A stretch of 38,325 nt of DNA from an uncultured Verrucomicrobiales bacterium. GTDB lineage: Bacteria > Verrucomicrobiota > Verrucomicrobiia > Verrucomicrobiales > DEV007. The DNA is taken from assembly GCA_938091905.1 (NCBI GenBank), contig CALKOM010000101.1:1-38325 (forward strand), given 5' to 3'. Position numbers and translations under genes: made by a program. The notes below the pieces were generated by a model that was given only the letters and a program-made list of their open reading frames with translations, had not been told where the DNA came from and made no database searches. This document shows, in pieces, positions 1 through 9,289 of the stretch (positions within the stretch are counted from its first letter, which is position 1; each line of letters opens with the position of its first letter).

Positions 1-114
1 TTCACCTCAACAGAGGATCTCAGGACCCGAATCATGGACTTCATCGACTACTTCAACACGACCATGGCAAAACCCTTCAAATGGATGTTCAAGGGATTCC
101 CAGCGACAACCTAA
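1..114 (+). CDS. IS630-family transposase, C-terminal end (5'-truncated by window edge)
   Basis: Frame +1 reads FTSTEDLRTRIMDFIDYFNTTMAKPFKWMFKGFPATT*, with TAA at 112-114. This matches the typical IS630 transposase C-terminus F-x-S-x-x-D-L...FI-x-Y-x-N...KPF-x-W. Confidence 0.85.
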   Translation, partial: FTSTEDLRTRIMDFIDYFNTTMAKPFKWMFKGFPATT

Positions 115-139
115 ACGAACCTACGCCGGTCAGTACTAG
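1..139 (+). mobile_element. Right end of an IS630-family insertion sequence
   Basis: The transposase stop is followed about 20 bp later by ...CGCCGGTCAGTACTAG, ending in TA/CTAG as expected for IS630. The left inverted repeat is outside the window, so the boundary is approximate. Confidence 0.65.
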
Positions 140-143
140 TACG

Positions 144-406
144 GCACTTCCTCGTTACCACCGGGAGAAAGAACTCTACGATAACTCGCGGGTTCCCATT
201 CTTCTCCAAGAGGATTCTGTTTGGGGATGTTGCTTACTTACTGCTCAATTTTGAAGAAGGCAATGGCCGTCTCCGGGTCATGGAGTTGGACGAACGTCCG
301 ACTGCCCGCGATGTCGTTCTTTACAAGACTTTACCTAACGAAATGCCGCGAATGGCAGGAATCATCACCGAGGTCCCACAGACGCCCCTGTCTCACGTAA
401 ACTTGC
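144..406 (+). pseudogene. Internal fragment of a PEP/pyruvate-binding (PPDK_N-associated) domain protein
   Basis: Reads ALPRYHREKELYDNSRVPILLQED, then after a frameshift near 216, LFGDVAYLLLNFEEGNGRLRVMELDERPTARDVVLYKTLPNEMPRMAGIITEVPQTPLSHVNL. The GIITxxPQTPLSHVN motif is characteristic. Similarity stops abruptly at about 406. Confidence 0.65.
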
Positions 407-770
407 TCATAACTCATACGCATTCGCACACCGGAGTTCGGATTGCCGCGCACATTACCTCCATGAATAAAGGACAGGCAGCGTTGCCCGACTAACTTGA
501 TCAGTTCACGATCAGAACTAATCCAACCGGTGGCTTCCGCTATGTCGAGCACTCCATGCAAGAAGATTGGGCCATGGGGATAGTAGTTCCATTCCTTCCA
601 ATCACCGAATGAGGCGAGATGCTTCCAGAGGCAGTCGAGCCAGGCGAGCGCTTCTTTCGCCTGAGGGGCGTTGGGATATAATTTCAATGCTAGCGCCACC
701 CCGCCCGCATTATCTAAACAATGATTGTTAGCCGTTTGCGCCTTCGTGTTGAAGTTGATGAATCGTCTTT
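404..770 (-). pseudogene. Fragment of an unidentified, probably alpha-helical protein
   Basis: Protein-like part of ORF 331..939(-) (TANNHCLDNAGGVALALKLYPNAPQAKEALAWLDCLWKHL...WKEWNYYPHGPIFLHGVLDIAEATG). It is wedged between two + strand gene fragments and has no own start or stop. Boundaries are approximate. Confidence 0.45.
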
Positions 771-1745
771 CCAAACCGATCGCTTCCGATTTATTGCAGA
801 GGCGCCTTACACCGATCTCCACGGCCGTCATTGTCGCGGCGGACACATCGGTTTCCTGCCATTGTTTCGACAAGGTGACGCCGCTCACAGCGGCATCTAC
901 ACCATTCGTGTGCGAGCGGCAGCCGTGAGCCGCGTCCATGCCTGAGGCAAAGCTCTTGGCGATTTTAGAAACGGTGATCCGCTAGTCATTGAAGTCGCTG
1001 CGGTTGATCAGCAAGGCAGCGTCACGAGCACTGGCAACGTCTCCGAGATGACATCACTGGCGCGCATCGGATTGACCAATGAAGAACCGCAGTGGTTTCA
1101 GTGGGACGTCTACCTGGCAGCCGGCTACGAGGTTAAAGTACGCTTTCACAACGGCCCAATGGCAGCCAAGCGAATGGTCCGACTCCTAACGACTCAGGCC
1201 GCCGATAAACCAGAATATAAGCCCTTTATCGATATGGAGAACAAGCTCGAGAGGGCACACGGCGTTCTCAAAGCGTAGAGGGGGCCGCGTCTGCGGATCT
1301 GGAAAATCGGCGTCAAATGTCCTCACGCTGACACCTGGCCGACTGCCGGTCATCGAGTGTTGTGTGGCAATCTGAAGCCTAACACACTGAGGGCCACGAC
1401 GATTGCTCGACGACTGGCAGCCTTCGCTGAAAAGGCGTTTAGACGTCCGCCACTCGACGGAGAGACCACTACGAAAGAAAGATACCGATCGATGCCACCG
1501 GCAAACTCCCAGGCGGGGAACCGTTTCGAACCATACCTGAATTCCGCAAACTTCCGGTCGAGCGCCAGGATCAGTTCAACCGCTGCCTAACCGAGAAACT
1601 GGTGACTTACGCCCTTGGACGCGTTTTAGAAGTCGGTTACCGGCCCAGCATTGACGAGATTCTCGCTCAACTCGAAGGCAAGAAAGGGGGCTTGAGCGAT
1701 CTCATCCATCCCGTTGCCCTAAGCAAGCCCTTCCAAAACAATTAG
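770..1745 (+). pseudogene. Decayed DUF1592/DUF1595/DUF1585-type (PSD) protein
   Basis: ORFs 721, 1048 and 1357 are all in one frame, broken by TGA 943-945 and TAG 1276-1278, and reach DUF1595-like RRLAAFAEKAFRRP. Near 1465 the sequence jumps to another frame: KIPIDATGKLPGGEPF...FNRCLTEKLVTYALGRVLEVGYRPSIDEIL...SKPFQNN* (DUF1585-like). The intact paralog at 34840 shows what is missing. Confidence 0.85.
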
Positions 1746-1750
1746 GCCCC

Positions 1751-1783
1751 ATTGTGAAACTGGCTGAAAACCAATTTCACAAT
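1751..1783. repeat. Intergenic palindrome (REP-like or bidirectional terminator)
   Basis: ATTGTGAAACTGG-ctgaaaa-CCAATTTCACAAT: 13-bp arms with one mismatch, between convergent genes. No strong U-tract. Confidence 0.6.
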
Positions 1784-1818
1784 CGTTCGCACGATTTCTT
1801 CGATTTAGCAAAACAGAA

Positions 1819-2706
1819 CTAGTTACCCTTAAGTGTTGCTAGCGAACGGCTGATCAATGCTTGAGACGCTTTAACCCCTTTGACAGGATCCAAGGCGCTG
1901 CCTTCCCATTCAATCGCCAGGTATCCTGAATACTCAGAGTTCGCTATCATCTTCATAAGCCGAGGATAGTCGAAGTCAGGCTGATTGCCTTCGTTGTCAA
2001 AACTGTGCATCTTGCAGGAGATCGTCTGAGTGTGAGGCAACATCGCCTCGGTTCCCTCGTAGACATTGTTCTTTAGTTTTCCGAAATCAGGCATAAGCGT
2101 TAACGCTGGATGCTTCAGTTGTGACGCGATCTTTGCCAAGAACGCTCCACGACTCGAAAGGAGTGAAGCTCCAGGCTCGATGGCGATAGTGATCTTCTTC
2201 TCTGCCGCAGCCTCAAGCAGAGGTTTGAGTGCTTCGACGCAGGCATCAACGCCAACAGATTCCTCTGTAGTAGGCGCTCTTAAAAAGACCCTGAGGAAAT
2301 CACAATCAAGAGAGGCAGCACGTTCGAGCGATTTCAAGATCCCCGGCAAGCTCGCTTCGCGTTTATCAGCACCACAATCATAAGCACCCGCCATGAACAG
2401 GAAGAGATCGGTCCCAGCCTTATCGGAACGGGACTTCAGTTTCGTATAATAGGAAGGGTCATCCAGTTTGTCCTTCGGTAGGCCACCTTCCCACAAGTCG
2501 ATCGCTTTAATGCCAAAAGTCTCCACGGTGAAGGCTGGGAAATCCAGCGCCGCCAACGTTTTATCAGCCAATAGCGCGCGCAAAGAATATTGAGACAGTG
2601 CGACCGAAAATCGATTGTCTTTATTATCCTGCGCTTTGGAATGAAGCACGGTGCTCGAACTGATGGCAGCGAGCGTGGCTCGCCTTATAAATTGTTTTCT
2701 ATTCAT
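1819..2706 (-). CDS. Sugar phosphate isomerase/epimerase family (xylose-isomerase-like TIM barrel), probably Tat-exported
   Basis: Tat-like N-terminus MNRKQFIRRATLAA, plus SLSQYSL-like start and metal-site motifs IAIEP, MPDFG, CKMH and LAIEWEG. Confidence 0.85.
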   Translation of the reverse strand: MNRKQFIRRATLAAISSSTVLHSKAQDNKDNRFSVALSQYSLRALLADKTLAALDFPAFTVETFGIKAIDLWEGGLPKDKLDDPSYYTKLKSRSDKAGTDLFLFMAGAYDCGADKREASLPGILKSLERAASLDCDFLRVFLRAPTTEESVGVDACVEALKPLLEAAAEKKITIAIEPGASLLSSRGAFLAKIASQLKHPALTLMPDFGKLKNNVYEGTEAMLPHTQTISCKMHSFDNEGNQPDFDYPRLMKMIANSEYSGYLAIEWEGSALDPVKGVKASQALISRSLATLKGN

Positions 2707-2813
2707 AGGATTTAGTAGTTGGGATAGGGCGTAAAGGCAAAGAAGGCTTGATGAGAATTTCGTGTGAAGCGATTACTTCGCTGCTAGCATTCTTCCCCTC
2801 ACGGAGTCATCTT

Positions 2814-3815
2814 TCATAACTGTTTATCGTCAGGATAAGCAAAGGCAACCCAAGCTCGTGCGACTTGTTCATTGGGGAACCACGATGCCGTGGATCTCTT
2901 ACCCCTAAATTTATGGTAAGGAGCAATCGCTCCCGTCTTGATATCTCCGAGCCAGCCTGACTCCACTTGGATCTCACGCAAGTTAACAATGCTTTCATTT
3001 ATGTCAGTGGCCGTTGGTAATCTAAGTCGAATCATGGCTTCAGTCCATGGAATCACGAAGTCATGAGCGGCCCACGCGCGCCAATCCTTGGGCGTCGTTT
3101 GGTTCCTCTTGAAGTGCATGCCTTTCGGCCAGTGACTCTGCCCAGGAAGCCAAACCCAAGCGCGGGGCGACTTCGCTTTGCGTGAACGTTCGAAGTGTTC
3201 GCGAATGTCTTTCGGTTTCCCATCGCTGGCACCCATGAGGTAGAGACCGGGGACATTCCTGGCGGCGGCTTCCTCTTGCATAAACGCCGCATCGCTGGGG
3301 TTTCCACGGAGCGCGATGTGAAAGGCTAACACGCGTCCCGGTCGAAAACGAACAAAGTCTTGTGCGACTCGACCACCCATCGAATGCCCCCAGAGAACGA
3401 ATGGCGCCTGCGGCAACTCGGGAAGATTCAATTCAGCGGCAAACTGTTCACAGGCTTTCAGCATCGATGATGCGTATCCGTTGTCCCGCACTCCGTGAGC
3501 TTCAAATTCACAATACAACATGGCCGACTGCGTGCGCTTGGCCAGCGCGCGCCATTCGTGGTCCGATGCGAAAAGGTGTTTACCAGCGCCTCGCATATTG
3601 AAGACAAAGAGTGTGCGAAATGTTGATGCATCGTCAGGAATCCAAATCTGATATTTCGAATTCGCGATGAGCGGATTGGTGGAGGCTGCCACTTCCGTTC
3701 TGAAGAGTTCCCCTGACGGTATTCCGTTCTGGGCATCATTTGCGGCCAATGGGCCTGACAGAATATTGAAAGCGATCGCGCTCAGAATAAGCTGTTGTGC
3801 ACGCATCCGTTTCAT
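2814..3815 (-). CDS. Secreted alpha/beta hydrolase
   Basis: Nucleophile elbow WGHSMGG, candidate Asp (MGASD) and His (GQSH), and a signal peptide ending PLAA. Start may be 3863, 3815 or 3806. Confidence 0.75.
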   Translation of the reverse strand: MKRMRAQQLILSAIAFNILSGPLAANDAQNGIPSGELFRTEVAASTNPLIANSKYQIWIPDDASTFRTLFVFNMRGAGKHLFASDHEWRALAKRTQSAMLYCEFEAHGVRDNGYASSMLKACEQFAAELNLPELPQAPFVLWGHSMGGRVAQDFVRFRPGRVLAFHIALRGNPSDAAFMQEEAAARNVPGLYLMGASDGKPKDIREHFERSRKAKSPRAWVWLPGQSHWPKGMHFKRNQTTPKDWRAWAAHDFVIPWTEAMIRLRLPTATDINESIVNLREIQVESGWLGDIKTGAIAPYHKFRGKRSTASWFPNEQVARAWVAFAYPDDKQL

Positions 3816-4057
3816 AGTTTTCGATTGGAGAGCCTTGGGGATGTTCCGGGATCTTGCCTTCACAGGATTGCTTCGCGGGTTGTAAGATAGCTTCGATCTC
3901 GGGAATTCTCGCCAAATTTAAGAGAAGGGCAATGATGAGGAGTTGCTTCGTGCTTCATTACGCCAACTGTCGGGAAACTTCGTGACGAAATCAGGTTGGA
4001 TGAAACTCGAAGGATGTTGAAGATCAATCGCTGACCACCGCCAATCCAATCCGTGTC

Positions 4058-5359
4058 ATGATGTCCTTCAAAGCCTACTTTCCCATACTTAGCCTCGTTA
4101 TCTTGCTGACAGGCGTACGAGCCGATCTCGTTCTCTATTACAACTTCGAAGATGATGACGTTGCCAGTGGTTTGGTGACTAATCATGGATCTACCTCCGA
4201 GCCGGGAACGTTGGTTGGGGCCGATCAGCCCAAACCTGGCTACGAATGGGGTCGTGACAGATTTGGGCGGGCCCTGAGCATTCCGGACGCCGTCATTTAC
4301 CTCGACACGAATCTCACCTCTGATGAGCTTGAGGTGAACGGCACGGTGGACTACAAGATGATGGCTTGGATAAATCGCGGTGACACCACCGGCGACAACA
4401 TGATCTTCGGGAAGCCAAGTGGACAAGCCCTTCACCACGGGGTTCGCCAAAAGAGTTATCACATGGGGCATTGGGGAAAATGATATTAGAGGCGGCGAAG
4501 TCGTTGTAGGTGAATGACGTCATGTGGCCTTTCGCTACGAAGGTGGATTGTAAACCATCCTCGTCGACGGCGAAGAGGTGAATTCAGGAGACAAAGACCC
4601 ACTCGACAACACAACGAATGTCTTGATTGGAACGACTCGTCTGGAGGCCGATCGCTCGTTTGCGGGTGCTCTCGATGAGATCACAATCTTCAACGAAGCG
4701 CTGAGTGATGCGGCGATACGTGAACAAATGACCGAGGTGATGCAGACGCCAGATCCACGATTGGTCGCTTCGCCGTCGGCCTCATTGGGAATCGTGGCCG
4801 CTGAACCGACGCCACGTCCACTTTCATTCGACGTTCGAAATACCGGTCTAACCAAAGTCCTCAACCTCTCCGACGCCACCTTGAGAGGCCAAGAGGCCAA
4901 CCACTTCACGATCGACGAAACACCTTCTTCGCTGGCGCCGAATGCCGTGGGCCAAGTCAGGATCACCTTCGACTCCAAACAAGAGACCGGAAAGTTCTCG
5001 GCGACCATGCCTGGGGAACGGATTTTGATAGCGACTACGGCACCGCTGTGGTCACCAAATTAAAGTCACCTCTGATCGATCTCACCTCGTTTCCTAGCCC
5101 CCGGCTCAGCTTCCAATATTATATTGATTCCGTTCAAGATGCGGAAGGAGGGCAACTGCGTTTCCCTGATGAAGACGACAACGGTCTTGTGATTCTACCA
5201 CAGATCTTTTCCGGAAAAACCGAAAACTGGACCTCCTTTGCCCTAAGCGTGCCACCGGAAGCTCAAGAAAAGAAAGTCATCCTAGAATTCCGTTTTCTCA
5301 CCGCAAGCGATGATGAAGTCGGTGCTGGATGGTCCATCGACGACGTCGTCATCCGTTGA
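4058..5359 (+). pseudogene. Decayed secreted LamG + Ig-like (choice-of-anchor D/ASH-like) + jelly-roll protein
   Basis: Signal peptide and LamG start (ADLVLYYNFED). After a frameshift near 4478 it reads NDIRGGEVVVGE*RHVAFRYEGGL*TILVDGEEV, with stops where Trp and Gln are expected. Then FAGALDEITIFNEALS and an Ig-like VRNTG segment. A second frame jump near 5005 leads to HAWGTDFDSDY...GAGWSIDDVVIR*. Confidence 0.8.
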
Positions 5360-5539
5360 TGATCCGACACCTCAAGTGTCCTGCAGACTTAAGTAGTGTG
5401 AAAAAGTTGCAGTTCAGGTAGTTGTTCTTTGGAAGAGACTTTCGTTCTCGCGCTTGGTAAGTCGGATGGGAATGGGCTAGCTCTGATTTCTGGCTGCCAG
5501 GAATTGCGAGCCCATGAGAGTCATCACCAATCACATCAA

Positions 5540-7141
5540 ATGAGACCGTCCATAGACACAGAAATTCCGCTGATTTGGACAACGTTGTTCTTATTAGGAC
5601 ACATGAATATCCTGCTGGCGAATGAAGACACCGCGCAGGAGATCACTCCTCGACCGATCGCATTGGAGGCACCCACCTTGAACTCGGAACCACTCAATCT
5701 AGGTTCCCGCAGAGAACTCTTCGTCGACAACCACATCATTGGCGCCCTTCGCGGGGGTGCCGGCCGACACCTGTTCGAGATGACTCCCGCCACCACTGAG
5801 ACCAAGGACGTCGCCATGATCCATGATGCCGATTGGGAGGGCCCTTGGTGTCGCTATGCGAAATACATCCAGGACCAAGACGTGATCAAGGCCTGGTACA
5901 TGGGACACCACACCTACCAGGCTAACAAAGACAGACGGATAGAGGGAGGGCGTCTCTGTTACGCCCTCAGCACGGATGGACTTACCTTCACCAAACCCAA
6001 GCTCGGGATCTACGATTGGATGGGATCGACGTCTAACAACGTGCTATTCGACGATGTCACGTTTCAAGCAAAAGACGGCAAAGGCTGGATCGCTGCCCAT
6101 CAATTCAACCCGTTCATCGATACGAATCCCGCCACGTCGCCGGCGGCGAAATACAAAGGCTTCAGTGGTCAGGGGCACCATTGCGGCAAGACCGGCCTCT
6201 ACGCCTACCAATCAGCGGACGGTATTCACTGGGAAATCGCAAGTGACGGACCGATTGTCAGTAGCAATTATTCCCTGGACTCCTGCAATCAGGGATTCTG
6301 GGACGCGGAACGAAAACGGTATGCTGTCTACTTTCGCCATCTGCGCAATAGCAAGGGCGAATCAGGGATCAAGGCACCCGGTTGGAAACGCGACATCCTC
6401 GTGACGTTCTCCAAAGACTTCATCAATTGGACCGAACCTCAGTGGCTCGTCTATTACCGGGATGATGGCCGGGACGGCATGGATCTAGAAAACCTCTACA
6501 CCAACGAAATCAAGCCTTACAAACGCGCCCCCCACATCTACCTCGGCTTTCCTGCACAATTCAATGGTTCCGTCGAGCCCATGCTCATATCCAGTCGCGA
6601 CGGCCTCCATTTCTATCGCTGGATGGAACATGCTGTCATTTCGAAATCGGCACCCGCAGATCGCGACAAGATCCGCTCCAACCATCTCTGGCAAGAGATG
6701 GTTGAACTGCCCAACGAGCCTACCAATTACTCCATGTACGCTAGTGAAAACTTGGCGATCAAAGGCGCGCACCAAGACGGGAGCTTTCCCCGTGTGCGCA
6801 GGTTTACCATTCGTAAGGACGGTTTCGTGTCGATCCGAGCCCAGACGAAACCCGGCGAGCTCATCACCAAACCACTCATCTTTATTGGCGACAACCTAAC
6901 CGTGAACTACGACTCGCAACTCGGAAACGCTGGATCAATCCGTGTCGAGATTCTGGATGCCCAACGGCACCCTATCCCAGGCTTCACGATCCAAGAGAGC
7001 ACCCCTCTCTCAACTGACGAGATAGACGCCACGGTCACTTGGAAAGGCGGCTCCGACCTCAGCGCCCTCGCAGGCACACCGATCCACCTACGTTTCGTCC
7101 TGCACCATACCGACCTGTTTTCATTTCGATTCACAAAATAG
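5540..7141 (+). CDS. Secreted glycoside-hydrolase-like beta-propeller protein (GH32/GH43-like fold, PVC-type)
   Basis: GSRRELFVD N-terminal motif, Asp-box-like repeats (STDGLTF, SADGIHW, SKDFINW, SRDGLHF) and a C-terminal RKDGFVS...GELITKPL beta-sandwich. Start could be 5429 (TTG) or 5540 (ATG). Confidence 0.7.
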   Translation: MRPSIDTEIPLIWTTLFLLGHMNILLANEDTAQEITPRPIALEAPTLNSEPLNLGSRRELFVDNHIIGALRGGAGRHLFEMTPATTETKDVAMIHDADWEGPWCRYAKYIQDQDVIKAWYMGHHTYQANKDRRIEGGRLCYALSTDGLTFTKPKLGIYDWMGSTSNNVLFDDVTFQAKDGKGWIAAHQFNPFIDTNPATSPAAKYKGFSGQGHHCGKTGLYAYQSADGIHWEIASDGPIVSSNYSLDSCNQGFWDAERKRYAVYFRHLRNSKGESGIKAPGWKRDILVTFSKDFINWTEPQWLVYYRDDGRDGMDLENLYTNEIKPYKRAPHIYLGFPAQFNGSVEPMLISSRDGLHFYRWMEHAVISKSAPADRDKIRSNHLWQEMVELPNEPTNYSMYASENLAIKGAHQDGSFPRVRRFTIRKDGFVSIRAQTKPGELITKPLIFIGDNLTVNYDSQLGNAGSIRVEILDAQRHPIPGFTIQESTPLSTDEIDATVTWKGGSDLSALAGTPIHLRFVLHHTDLFSFRFTK

Positions 7142-7172
7142 ATCATCCTCGTAGATTCAATTGGCAATCGAA

Positions 7173-7195
7173 CCCAACCCAACCCCACCCCACCC
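7173..7195 (-). other. Potential G-quadruplex tract (G-rich on the - strand)
   Basis: The + strand reads CCC AA CCC AA CCCC A CCCC A CCC, i.e. five G-runs of 3 or more with 1-2 nt loops on the - strand. Confidence 0.55.
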
Positions 7196-7208
7196 GCCAC
7201 AACTACTA

Positions 7209-7261
7209 GTCATAGAGGCTACGGAGCTTTTTGATTGCCCATCGAAGGCGATGACCTCGCG
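7209..7261 (-). pseudogene. Possible tiny ISAs1-family transposase remnant
   Basis: The - strand reads REVIAFDG, then after a frameshift KKLRSLYD, resembling the ISAs1 catalytic motif EVIAIDGKTLRRSYD. Very short, so it could be chance. Confidence 0.3.
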
Positions 7262-7346
7262 GATCGGAAAGTGAAATTTTGGAATGGTTGACTGCTCCTG
7301 CCGGATGCTGTGGACTTGGTGCTTAATCCCGAACCTGGAGAACATC

Positions 7347-8498
7347 ATGAATAGATTGCTCGCCTTTGTCGCGCTTGCGTTGATTCCGATCAACGCCTGG
7401 GCGGTTCCTCCCAAGTTTTCGGATACGCCTGTCTGGGTCAGCGGCAGCGAACACTGCGGCGGCGATGGGAACGCACAACTGATCGATTTCGATCAAGACG
7501 GTGATCTTGATTTGGTGACTAGCGCTCCAAACCCGAGCCGTTGGGTAGTGTTCGAGAACGACGGCGGCAAGCTAGCCCAACAACCGGTTTGGGAATCGAA
7601 GCCCACCACCGACTGCGACCACATCTCCGTCGTCGATTTTGATAAAGACGGCATCCCGGATTTGGCGGGCACCCATGAATCGCACAACACGGTGTACCTC
7701 AACGACAAGAGTCGTGAGAAGCACTTTGGATTCATGCCCGACTGGGAAACCAGCTTCTATACCGACTCAAATCAAATCGATTTCGGCGACATGGATGGGG
7801 ACGGCGACATGGACATGTTGGTTGCCTCTGGGTTACCCGTTTTTCAGTTAGCCTTGTTTGAGAACAACGATGGCGCACTCTCGCGTTCGATCACCCAGCG
7901 CATCGGGCCGAGGCAGTATAGCGAGTCGTCGATCTTTGGTGACATTGATAATGATGGCGACCAGGACATCATTGCCACCTATGGGAAAGAGGGAACTATC
8001 ATTTTATTTAAAAACGGGGGCAATGGCAAATTCGACAGAGGAACCGAGATCTTCAAAGACACCAAGGTTAGTCACGTGCAACGGGTCTACTGCGTTGACG
8101 TGAACAAAGACGGGAAAATGGAATTGTTCTGCGCCAAAGGTCCTTGGGGACCGCCCGGCCGTAGTATTGCGCTAACCGTCCACGATGGCGTGGCGGAAAA
8201 GGTTTGGGAGAGCGCCGCCGACACCGGCTTTCACGGCTTCGCTTTCGCCGATGTGGATGGAGACGGCGATTTAGACATGGCTGCGGCGGACTGGAGCGGA
8301 CGCAGCACGTCGGTGTTCCTGCAAGAGCACGGCAGGATCGAGACCAAGCCTATTTGGTCGGCGGTGAATCGTGCACCCGTCCATGAAGTGGCTTTCGGGG
8401 ATATCGATGGTGACGGAGACCTCGACGTCGTCGCGGGCGGTCTTGATCAAGCGATGCTGTTCGAGAATCTCTTGCAGCCTGGGCGCAAGCCTGAGTGA
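7347..8498 (+). CDS. Secreted FG-GAP/VCBS repeat beta-propeller protein
   Basis: GGAG upstream of the ATG, signal peptide MNRLLAFVALALIPINAWA, and seven DxDxDGxxD repeats (DFDQDGDLD, DFDKDGIPD, DMDGDGDMD, DIDNDGDQD, DVNKDGKME, DVDGDGDLD, DIDGDGDLD). Confidence 0.9.
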   Translation: MNRLLAFVALALIPINAWAVPPKFSDTPVWVSGSEHCGGDGNAQLIDFDQDGDLDLVTSAPNPSRWVVFENDGGKLAQQPVWESKPTTDCDHISVVDFDKDGIPDLAGTHESHNTVYLNDKSREKHFGFMPDWETSFYTDSNQIDFGDMDGDGDMDMLVASGLPVFQLALFENNDGALSRSITQRIGPRQYSESSIFGDIDNDGDQDIIATYGKEGTIILFKNGGNGKFDRGTEIFKDTKVSHVQRVYCVDVNKDGKMELFCAKGPWGPPGRSIALTVHDGVAEKVWESAADTGFHGFAFADVDGDGDLDMAAADWSGRSTSVFLQEHGRIETKPIWSAVNRAPVHEVAFGDIDGDGDLDVVAGGLDQAMLFENLLQPGRKPE

Positions 8499-8530
8499 TC
8501 GGAACTCATTATTTTAAACTCAAGAACGAA

Positions 8531-9289
8531 ATGAATAAGCACCTCCTACTGATTGCGCTCGTCGCAATGCCAGCGTTGAGCATTGCCGCTGAGAAGGATC
8601 CTATCGCCGAGGCTAACATTCGCAAGGCGATCACGTCAGCAGGCGGGGAAAAGCGTTTCAAGACAATCAAGGCACCCACGATGTGGATGGAGACTGGGAC
8701 TTACTACGGGATGGGCCAGGGTGTTCCGTTTGTTGCTCAGTATGCCACCTACTGGCCAAAACGTTGGTATCGTCAACTGACCGAAGGGCAATTTGCGCTC
8801 GGCGTCGCGGGCGATGAAGTCACCTTGTTCAATGGCAGCGGCGCTGAAGGCCAGAAGCTTTCCGGTCCAGAACATGAAGCTGCGTTGCATCAAACTCGAG
8901 TCGCTTCGGCTCAACTACTTTATCCTCTCATTGAAGACGAGTACAAGCTATCTACTGTCCCCGGCGTTGACGTTGAAAGCAAACCTACCATCGGCATTAA
9001 GGCAGTGCATGATTCGGGCGGCGAAATCAGGCTCTACTTTGACAAGGGTACGTTTCTCCTAACGAAGATTGAGGCGCAGGTGACCTCTCAGGAGAGGGGC
9101 AATAAACTGGTCAAGAGTGAGACTTTCTTTAGCAATCATCAATCGTTCGGAGGCGTGAAGTTACCGAGTAAATACAGGGTTCATCACGACGGTAAGCTGC
9201 TCGTTGAAAGCGAGACAACAGCCATCAAAACGCATGCCACCATTGATCCGGCGTGGTTTGGGACAGATGGGCCAGCGCGTGTTCGATGA
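8531..9289 (+). CDS. Secreted hypothetical protein, possible LolA-like/lipoprotein-sorting fold
   Basis: Signal peptide, IRKAITSAGG N-terminal motif, RLYFDKGTFLLTK and FSNHQSFGGVKLP. These motifs resemble a PVC family of LolA-like beta-sheet proteins. Confidence 0.6.
   Translation: MNKHLLLIALVAMPALSIAAEKDPIAEANIRKAITSAGGEKRFKTIKAPTMWMETGTYYGMGQGVPFVAQYATYWPKRWYRQLTEGQFALGVAGDEVTLFNGSGAEGQKLSGPEHEAALHQTRVASAQLLYPLIEDEYKLSTVPGVDVESKPTIGIKAVHDSGGEIRLYFDKGTFLLTKIEAQVTSQERGNKLVKSETFFSNHQSFGGVKLPSKYRVHHDGKLLVESETTAIKTHATIDPAWFGTDGPARVR

Noticed and set aside
3860..4471. 203-aa - strand ORF
   Set aside because: Mostly antisense to the LamG pseudogene, with no protein-family signal.
943..4552. In-frame stops as evidence of stop-codon reassignment or selenocysteine/pyrrolysine
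   Set aside because: TGA, TAG and TAA all occur, at different expected residues and alongside frameshifts and deletions. Intact genes end normally with all three stops, so this is pseudogene decay.
5390..5430. TAGTGTGAAAAAGTT as a possible IS end
   Set aside because: No matching second end and no recognisable transposase sequence next to it.
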